A DNA stretch of 52,855 nucleotides from an uncultured Candidatus Saccharibacteria bacterium (GTDB lineage: Bacteria > Patescibacteriota > Minisyncoccia > Phycocordibacterales > UBA9973), in contig CAZIZK010000001.1 in the NCBI GenBank assembly GCA_964544225.1, positions 1-52,855 on the forward strand, read 5' to 3'. Positions 45,159-51,969 of this stretch are shown piece by piece. The notes under the pieces are model-generated. The model searched no databases. It was not told where the DNA came from and worked only from the letters and a program-made list of their open reading frames with translations. The translations under genes were made by a program, and so were the position numbers. How positions within the stretch are numbered: position 1 is the first letter of the stretch; every line of letters starts with the position of its first letter.

Positions 45159-46133
45159 TTACTTTAGTTTACGATTCTTCCTTGCTACCAATACACTTGC
45201 AGATACAACTGCGATAGTACTTAGTACTAACACTATTATTGAAGTATTAGTTGATTCCTTTGGAGCAAAGCCTGTCGCAGGTAATGTTGGAACATAAGAA
45301 ATTGGATTACTAGTTACTACTGTAACAGTTGTAACTGTTTTTGGGAGATTTGATAAAGGCATACTACCTGTAACATTGCTACTGCCACCGCCTGAATTAC
45401 TTGGTTCTACGATGATAACTGGGTCTGTACAAACAGATGTGGTTATAGTATTGGTATCAGAAGTAATAGTACCTCCGTATGCTAATGCTCTTCCATTCCA
45501 TATTGTGTTTGCTCCTATGGTAATACCTGCATCATCTATCGCAGTTCCTATAAATGTTGTGTTCGCGGCAAGAGTAATAGCAGATGATGGTGTCCAGAAG
45601 ACATCACATTCTGATGCACCGTTGAGTGTGATTACAGAACCTACTGTTGATGTCAATGCGCCAGTTGGTCGGAATATATAAGTTCCACTTCCTTGTAGTG
45701 TTAATGGTCCCCCTATGTTCATAGCGCCATTACTACAATACACACCTGGTGTATAAACAGCGACTGTTCCATGAGTAATATCTGTAGATAGATCTATTGC
45801 CCCTGGCGCAAATGTGAATGTACAAGCTTGTCCATTCAAAGAAGTAAGTGCTGTGCCTTGTATAGTGCCTGCTTGGGTAAATATTCCAGTATTTACATAA
45901 GTGGTACCGCTGACTGTTGGGTTCACTGCAGGCGCAGTTATATAACCCAAGTCACCATTGATTGTTGTTGGTGTTGTATTTGTATAAGTACTAGCTAAAA
46001 CACTAAAACTATTAGCGAGTCCCAATACTGGAGTCGTGGCTGCATACGCAACATTGACACCATTTAATACAAAAACTAAACTAAGTGCTACTGCGAATGA
46101 TACGTATCTAGTTTTGTTTTTATAAGATTTCAT
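45159..46133 (-). CDS. DUF3494 ice-binding-like protein with signal peptide and LPATG sorting signal
   Basis: LG.A.SFSVLA, TINGDLG, YTPGVY, YIF, DVFW..SSA.TL...T.F.G...I...GRAL, then LPATG-TM-RKNRKLK. Confidence 0.85.
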   Translation of the reverse strand: MKSYKNKTRYVSFAVALSLVFVLNGVNVAYAATTPVLGLANSFSVLASTYTNTTPTTINGDLGYITAPAVNPTVSGTTYVNTGIFTQAGTIQGTALTSLNGQACTFTFAPGAIDLSTDITHGTVAVYTPGVYCSNGAMNIGGPLTLQGSGTYIFRPTGALTSTVGSVITLNGASECDVFWTPSSAITLAANTTFIGTAIDDAGITIGANTIWNGRALAYGGTITSDTNTITTSVCTDPVIIVEPSNSGGGSSNVTGSMPLSNLPKTVTTVTVVTSNPISYVPTLPATGFAPKESTNTSIIVLVLSTIAVVSASVLVARKNRKLK

Positions 46134-46416
46134 TTTGATTTATTTTTATTTAATTATTAGTTAATATTTTCGAATTATTACATATTATAAATATAAGATT
46201 CGGCACGTTGAAATACATCTTTGTGCAGATTTCTAAACTAGACTTGGCATATTTTAACCAAAGTCAGCTATATAAGTATTTATAATAAAGAGAGTTCTCT
46301 TTCGTGGCCGACCTATATCACACATCTTTGTAGAAGAAGTAATAAGCTAATATAAGTATATCACTTCCACATAAATATAGATAGCAGTCAATAGCATTAC
46401 ACCACATATGACTTTT

Positions 46417-46506
46417 TGGCGGAGCCGGACGGATTCGAACCGTCGAGGGCTTTTACACCCTGCCTCTTTAGCAAAGAGGTACGTTAGACCACTCTGACAC
46501 GGCTCC
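46417..46506 (-). tRNA. tRNA-Ser(GCT)
   Basis: GGAGCCG/CGGCTCC acceptor stem, CCTCT-TTGCTAA-AGAGG anticodon arm, long variable arm, G73, encoded CCA. Confidence 0.95.
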
Positions 46507-46512
46507 ATATTA

Positions 46513-46577
46513 AATTTAACTAAAGGACCAATAACACACGGATCCATGTTAATTTAACTAAAGGACCAATAACACAC
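46513..46577. repeat. tandem 27-bp exact direct repeat (period 38)
   Basis: AATTTAACTAAAGGACCAATAACACAC at 46513-46539 and 46551-46577. Confidence 0.95.
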
Positions 46578-46672
46578 ATCTCCATATTGGTTACAGATGC
46601 ATATTAGCATATAAAAAACATAAATAAAATAAGGCTTTTATAATTCTTAAAATATAGTATAATGCCTGTTAC

Positions 46673-46759
46673 GGAGGCGTGGATGAGTGGTTTAAATCAA
46701 CGGTTTACTAAACCGTCGAACCTTAATCGGTTCCGTGAGTTCGAATCTCACCGCCTCCG
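46673..46759 (+). tRNA. tRNA-Ser with ACT anticodon (A34)
   Basis: GGAGGCG/CGCCTCC acceptor stem, ACGGT-TTACTAA-ACCGT anticodon arm, long variable arm GAACC/GGTTC, GTGAG-TTCGAAT-CTCAC T-arm, G73. Confidence 0.9.
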
Positions 46760-46787
46760 CAGAGTCGTGATAGCACGAGATACATCG

Positions 46788-46818
46788 AAATCCAGTCTTA
46801 AAATTAGACTGGATTTTT
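46788..46818. terminator. terminator after tRNA-Ser(ACT)
   Basis: AAATCCAGTCT-7nt-AGACTGGATTTTT. Confidence 0.75.
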
Positions 46819-46832
46819 GATATAATATACTT

Positions 46833-47393
46833 ATGAAAAAAGAGATTGGTCTTAAAAAAGGCTTTGTTAAGGTAGAAAAATATAATCCCGAATGGAAAGA
46901 AGAGTTTAATAAAGAGAAAAAGAACTTGAAAAAGATTTTTGGTGATGTTGCTCTATCAATAGAACATGTAGGATCTACTTCGGTTGTAGGCTTGTCTGCA
47001 AAACCAATAATTGATATTGCTATTGGGGTTAACTCGCTAGAAGACATAGCCAAGGTTAAAGAGAAAATATTAAAGTTCTCTCATTATTCGATTAAGGAAA
47101 ATAATGCAGATGGCGAAATCCTTATGAGAAGAGGTGTGCCTATCAAGCAAGGTGAAGATAAGCCAAGTTTTATAACTCATTTTATTCATATTGTGGAAAT
47201 AGACGGCATAAAATATAAGGAAACATTAATGTACCGTGATTATTTAAGAAAAAATAAAGAAGTCCTAAAAGAATATAATGATCTAAAGCAAAAGTTAGCT
47301 ATTAAATACCAGAATGACAGAAAAGCTTATACTAAAGCAAAAGATGACTTCATTAAAAGTATTTTAAGTAAGTGTAATAGTTCGAATTTTTAG
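46833..47393 (+). CDS. GrpB (UPF0157) family protein
   Basis: YNPEW...F, IEHVGSTSV.GL.AKPIIDI, RDYLR...Y..LK and YT.AK..FI. Confidence 0.92.
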   Translation: MKKEIGLKKGFVKVEKYNPEWKEEFNKEKKNLKKIFGDVALSIEHVGSTSVVGLSAKPIIDIAIGVNSLEDIAKVKEKILKFSHYSIKENNADGEILMRRGVPIKQGEDKPSFITHFIHIVEIDGIKYKETLMYRDYLRKNKEVLKEYNDLKQKLAIKYQNDRKAYTKAKDDFIKSILSKCNSSNF

Positions 47394-47432
47394 CACGAAA
47401 TCGCCAGCAAATTATGGTATAATAAAACAATT

Positions 47433-47951
47433 ATGAAAGAAAATTTTATTTGTTTCATCACTGGACCAGCTGGTTCAGGTAAATCGTCAACATCAAAAGC
47501 GTTAGCAGAAAAATTTGAACGAAGTGCTGTAATAGAAGTAGATACTCTTCGTGGAATGATAAAGGGTGGTTATGTAAGGCCTTGGCCTTATAACGAAGAA
47601 GTGGAATTGCAAGCTTCACTTATTGTAAAAAATGCTTGTGATATGGCTAATAATTTTCTAGAAAAAGGTTTTAGTGTTTTTATTGAGGGTACTGCAGGAA
47701 GAAAAATGCTAGAACAGTATTCAAGTTTCTTTAAGGATAAAAACTTCAAAGCATTCTTGCTTTTGCCTTCTGTTGATTCTCTCTTGAAACGGTTTGATGA
47801 TAGAGGCGTTAATGAAGAACTTCGCAAGAGAACAGTTGACCTTCATAAGCAATTTTTAGAAAAGAAAGATGAGTTAAATTGTCAAATTATAAATTCTAGC
47901 GATCAAACATTAGAAGAAACTGTTGATGAGATTTATAAAGCAATTATATGA
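47433..47951 (+). CDS. P-loop small-molecule kinase (AAA_33 / CPT-like)
   Basis: ITGPAGSGKSS, EVDTLR, VFIEG, LLPSVDSLLKR. Ends in TGA. Confidence 0.8.
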   Translation: MKENFICFITGPAGSGKSSTSKALAEKFERSAVIEVDTLRGMIKGGYVRPWPYNEEVELQASLIVKNACDMANNFLEKGFSVFIEGTAGRKMLEQYSSFFKDKNFKAFLLLPSVDSLLKRFDDRGVNEELRKRTVDLHKQFLEKKDELNCQIINSSDQTLEETVDEIYKAII

Positions 47952-48484
47952 CTTCCGCTGAAAATATATTTATATTCGGAACAATTATCCTACTTTTAAT
48001 TTTGTCATTTTTTGTTAGAAATATTCCCTGGAAGAAATTGGGTCTAATACCAAAAAATTTGTTTCAAGGTTGGTGGCAAGTAGTTTTGTTTAATGTAAGT
48101 GTTTTCATATTAGTGCAATTTACTATTTTTTATAAACTCATAGACCTTCCAAATTGGATAACAGATAAAGACCCGCTATTACCCTTGCTCGTAATAATAC
48201 TACTTCAGGAATTGATATTTAGAGGATTACTAATAACTTGGCTAGAGAAATTGGGAAAACAAAAAGCCCTTTGGATAAGTGTTCTTGTCTTCGTATTATT
48301 TCATCTAGTAGCTCCATATTCGTGGTCTGTGGCTGGTCTTAGTTTTGCTGTTCTTACTTTGATTGGAGGATATTTCTGGGGTTGGCATTTCTTGAAATTT
48401 AGGAATATATACCTGCTTACTATTTCACATTTCCTTGTTAATTTGAGTTTCAATTATTTTATTTTTCAATTTCTTCTAAAATAG
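47948..48484 (+). CDS. CPBP (CAAX/Abi) intramembrane metalloprotease
   Basis: LQELIFRG, FVLFH and ISHFLVN. Confidence 0.85.
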   Translation: MTSAENIFIFGTIILLLILSFFVRNIPWKKLGLIPKNLFQGWWQVVLFNVSVFILVQFTIFYKLIDLPNWITDKDPLLPLLVIILLQELIFRGLLITWLEKLGKQKALWISVLVFVLFHLVAPYSWSVAGLSFAVLTLIGGYFWGWHFLKFRNIYLLTISHFLVNLSFNYFIFQFLLK

Positions 48485-48589
48485 TTATTCAAACATCACC
48501 CCTGGTTCGTAGCAAAATTTTAAGCCATAATTTATAATGGTTATTTTTCGGAGGTTAGTAGAAGTTCGAACCTATGATATAATTTTATT

Positions 48590-48988
48590 ATGATAGAAAA
48601 TATTTATCCAGAAGATTGGCAACAAACAAGAGGTTTCTATTCCCCAGCAAAAAAAATTGATATGGGAAATTTTTATATGATCTATGTATCTGGTCAACAG
48701 GTTGGTAAGAATGAAAACAACGAAGCTATAACAGATGATATAGAAGAACAAACAGAGCTTGTTTTTCAGTCAATTGAAAGTATATTAAAATCTGCTGATG
48801 CTTCAATGAAAGATGTTGTTAAAGCTCAAATATTTTTGACTGATATAAATGATTTCTCAAAAGTTTCTGCTATTAGAGATAAATGGTTTGCTGAAAGTAA
48901 GCCAGTTAGTACCTTGCTTGAAGTTAATGCTATGACTCGCAAAGGTGCGAAGATTGAAATAGAAGTAACTGCGATTATTAAGAAATAA
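48590..48988 (+). CDS. RidA/YjgF/YER057c family protein
   Basis: YSPA, IYVSGQ, EQT..VF..I..IL..A......VVK, P.STL.EV, IEIEVTA. Confidence 0.92.
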   Translation: MIENIYPEDWQQTRGFYSPAKKIDMGNFYMIYVSGQQVGKNENNEAITDDIEEQTELVFQSIESILKSADASMKDVVKAQIFLTDINDFSKVSAIRDKWFAESKPVSTLLEVNAMTRKGAKIEIEVTAIIKK

Positions 48989-48995
48989 TAAAATC

Positions 48996-49334
48996 ATGAA
49001 AATCATAAAAAAATCAAATGAAACTTTTATACGTGAAGATGCTCATGGTGGTAGTGGTGGACGTAAATTATTATTATCAGAAAATGAGATAAATAATGTT
49101 CAAGGTATGACATATGGGTTTTTGCCAGCAAATTCTAAATTTGCATGGCATATGCATGAAAAAATGAACGAGGTAATGATTGTTTTAAAAGGTCAAGGAA
49201 ATGTCCGAGACGAGGATGGTGTGTATTATTATTCCGTAGGAGACGTATTTATATTTCCAAAAAATATTTTTCATGAAATTGAAAATGTATCTAACGAAGA
49301 AAACGAATATATTTTTGTTCGAGTTTATGAATAA
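48996..49334 (+). CDS. cupin domain protein
   Basis: WHMHEKMNEVMIVLKG...GD.FIFP.N.FHEIEN. Confidence 0.9.
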   Translation: MKIIKKSNETFIREDAHGGSGGRKLLLSENEINNVQGMTYGFLPANSKFAWHMHEKMNEVMIVLKGQGNVRDEDGVYYYSVGDVFIFPKNIFHEIENVSNEENEYIFVRVYE

Positions 49335-49353
49335 AAAAAATTAGTATATAACT

Positions 49354-50040
49354 ATGGGAGAAATAACAAAATTTTACAAAGGAGAAGAAATAGCCAAAAA
49401 AGTAGTAGATTTTTGTCTAAAAAAATATAAATTTATCTATATTTCTGGTAATGGAGGATCAGGAAAAACAACTCTGAGCAAACAATTAGTAAAAGAGGTT
49501 AATTCACGTGGTTTAAATGCTAACTGTATTGATATGGATGATTTTATGATTGATTCCAAGATACGCAAAAGTATCCAAAAAGAATGGATTGACGCTAAGG
49601 GCAATAAAAGAGTTGGTTATATGGGGTGGGCGTTTAAAGAGTCTTATCATTTAGCTGAATTAGAAACAATAATTCATTCTTCAATATATGGAAAAGATTC
49701 TTTTTACAAGCCCAAGAAAGACGATAACGTTGCAGAAGTAAAAGCAGAATTTCCAATAACAATAATTGAGGGTGTGGGTACAGCATTTCTTAAAAAAGAA
49801 GAAACTGTGTTTGGTATTTTTGCTATGTGTGATTTTAAATCTGAAATAGATAGACGCATAAAAAGAGCTCGTGATGGAGAAGATAATTTATCTCGTCAAG
49901 AAGTTGAAGAAAAAGCTATAGAAAGAAATGAGCAATTCGAGATGACAATTTTACCTGAGAAAAATAAATTTGATTTGGAGCTCTGGAGTTTAGAAGACCA
50001 CTCATTCAGAGTGGAACGAGATAATTTTAGTATATTATAA
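49354..50040 (+). CDS. uridine kinase-like P-loop kinase
   Basis: ISGNGGSGKTT, IDMDDF, IIEGVG and RRIKR. Confidence 0.75.
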   Translation: MGEITKFYKGEEIAKKVVDFCLKKYKFIYISGNGGSGKTTLSKQLVKEVNSRGLNANCIDMDDFMIDSKIRKSIQKEWIDAKGNKRVGYMGWAFKESYHLAELETIIHSSIYGKDSFYKPKKDDNVAEVKAEFPITIIEGVGTAFLKKEETVFGIFAMCDFKSEIDRRIKRARDGEDNLSRQEVEEKAIERNEQFEMTILPEKNKFDLELWSLEDHSFRVERDNFSIL

Positions 50041-50054
50041 ATTATAGTAAAATT

Positions 50055-50501
50055 ATGGAAAATTTAATCAAAAACATAGTTAAAAATGCTGAATCTTTAA
50101 AAGATAAATATACTGATCAAAAAAATGTTCCAGTTAACTATGCCTGTATATTTTGCCAATCTGAAGAAGAACAAACTAATTTTTTAAAGGAAGCACATAA
50201 GTTAGGTGCAATAATACAAGAAACACCAAGTGGTCCGCTGTTTAAAATATCCCTAGATACAATCTCTGGTAAATTACAATTATTAAAAATTAGAAAACCA
50301 GACCCAACTAGACCAGAACGTGGAGATGCTGATTTCACCATTTCAGATTATCCTTCCTTTAAAGAAAAGTATTTAAATCAAGCTGGATTTTCACTTATAC
50401 AAAAAGAAAATTTTGAGATGATTGAACTATACGAAAAAGACAATAGAGTGAGAGTATATTTTTCATTTCCTCCTTTAGATAAACAATTAAATTTAATATA
50501 A
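50055..50501 (+). CDS. hypothetical protein (possible VOC/YecM-like fold)
   Basis: 148-aa ORF with a TATAGT box 6 nt upstream. Fold assignment is tentative. Confidence 0.65.
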   Translation: MENLIKNIVKNAESLKDKYTDQKNVPVNYACIFCQSEEEQTNFLKEAHKLGAIIQETPSGPLFKISLDTISGKLQLLKIRKPDPTRPERGDADFTISDYPSFKEKYLNQAGFSLIQKENFEMIELYEKDNRVRVYFSFPPLDKQLNLI

Positions 50502-50508
50502 TCAATTT

Positions 50509-51969
50509 ATGGGTTGGATAATTTTTATCATTTTCATAATCTACGTCGTATACAGTTCTTCTAAAAAGAATGCTACTTATAAAACCCCAACAAGAAATAC
50601 TACTTATAATTCCTATACAAAGAAACCCTATCGTTCTCCTGTTGTTAATAGAAAACTTAATGAGGATCAAGTATTTATAGAGAAAATAATATTAAGTGAA
50701 GAACAACAAAAACTTTTTGATAAAATAGAAAATAGTAATGACCACTTTTTTATTACAGGAAAAGCAGGAACAGGTAAATCTGTATTACTCCAATATTTAA
50801 AATACAAATCAAACAAAAAAATTGTTGTGGGTGCTTTTACTGGAGTCGCAGCTTTAAATGTTGGTGGTCAAACATTGAACTCTCTTTTTAATATCCCTAC
50901 AGGTTTTATTGATATGTCTCAACTTAGAGTTAACACAAGAGTTGCTACACTAGTTAGACATGTTGATTCAATAGTCATTGATGAAATATCTATGGTAAGA
51001 GTAGACATGATGGAAGCCATTAATGTCTTACTTCAACAAGCAAAAGGTAATCGGCTTCCATTTGGTGGTATACAAATGGTTATGTTTGGTGATCTTTATC
51101 AACTTCCACCTGTAGTTTCAGATGATGGGTTGCATGAATATTTTGCACATAATTATGGTGGTCAATATTTTTTTAATGCTCCCGTATGGAGAAATACAAA
51201 AATAAACATATTTGAGCTTATTCATAATTTTAGACAAAAAGATGATGAGGTATTCAGGAATGTTTTAAATGCTGTTAGGAAAAATCAGATTGAAGATACA
51301 ATTTTAGAAACACTAAATCAAAGATGTGTTGTTGATATTCCAACAGAGGGAGTTGTCACATTAGCTACTCGGAATGATATTGTTAATGAAATTAATAGTA
51401 CTAGATTAGATCATATTGATAGTCCAGAATTTGTGTATAAAGCAGAAATTTCAGGTAGTCTTGAAAGAAGTTATTTTCCTGCAGAAGAATTTTTAAGACT
51501 TAAAAAAGGGGCTCAAGTTATGCTATTAAAAAATGATCCTGAAAAAAGGTGGGTAAATGGAACGGTTGGAGTTGTTGAATCTTTATCTCAAACAGAAATA
51601 AAAGTTAAAATTAATGGAGAAATTATTTATTCAATTCCACAAGCTTCTTGGACAAAGATAAGATATTACTATGATCAAGGAACAAGAAAAATTGAAGAAG
51701 AGGTGTTAAGTACTTTCACACAATTCCCATTAAGGCTTGCTTGGGCATTTACAATTCATAAATCCCAAGGAAAAACTTATAATTCAGTTATAGTAAATAT
51801 GGAAGGAGGAGCTTTCGCTCATGGACAAACTTATGTTGCTCTAAGTCGTTGTACATCCCTTGATGGATTATATTTAACTCAACCTATTCTAAGAGAAGAT
51901 ATTCAAGTTGATCCATTAGTTACTACTTTCATGGAACAAATAATTATTGAGGATATTGAGACAAAGTAA
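50509..51969 (+). CDS. Pif1-family SF1B DNA helicase with N-terminal TM anchor
   Basis: TGKAGTGKS, FTGVAALN.GG.T, IDEISMV, PFGGIQ..MFGDLYQLPPV, FRQ, QFPLRLAWAFTIHKSQG and YVALSR. Confidence 0.92.
   Translation: MGWIIFIIFIIYVVYSSSKKNATYKTPTRNTTYNSYTKKPYRSPVVNRKLNEDQVFIEKIILSEEQQKLFDKIENSNDHFFITGKAGTGKSVLLQYLKYKSNKKIVVGAFTGVAALNVGGQTLNSLFNIPTGFIDMSQLRVNTRVATLVRHVDSIVIDEISMVRVDMMEAINVLLQQAKGNRLPFGGIQMVMFGDLYQLPPVVSDDGLHEYFAHNYGGQYFFNAPVWRNTKINIFELIHNFRQKDDEVFRNVLNAVRKNQIEDTILETLNQRCVVDIPTEGVVTLATRNDIVNEINSTRLDHIDSPEFVYKAEISGSLERSYFPAEEFLRLKKGAQVMLLKNDPEKRWVNGTVGVVESLSQTEIKVKINGEIIYSIPQASWTKIRYYYDQGTRKIEEEVLSTFTQFPLRLAWAFTIHKSQGKTYNSVIVNMEGGAFAHGQTYVALSRCTSLDGLYLTQPILREDIQVDPLVTTFMEQIIIEDIETK

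Noticed and set aside
46134-46416. Possible riboswitch upstream of the ice-binding gene (ACATCTTTGT twice, small hairpins)
   Set aside because: No recognisable riboswitch consensus could be matched by eye. An Infernal/Rfam search would be needed.
46513-46577. Possible mini-CRISPR (27-bp repeat twice)
   Set aside because: Only two copies with an 11-nt spacer, no cas genes, and the unit derives from the tRNA 5' end and leader.
46347-47053. ORFs 46347-46547 and 46748-47053 (-)
   Set aside because: They overlap the tRNA-Ser genes or lie antisense to grpB, so they are shadow ORFs.
19741-47951. Alternative genetic code 25 (UGA=Gly) as in Gracilibacteria/Absconditabacteria
   Set aside because: RF2 with SPF/GGQ is present, comF and the 47433-47951 kinase end in TGA at natural C-termini, and no long gene is broken by TGA.
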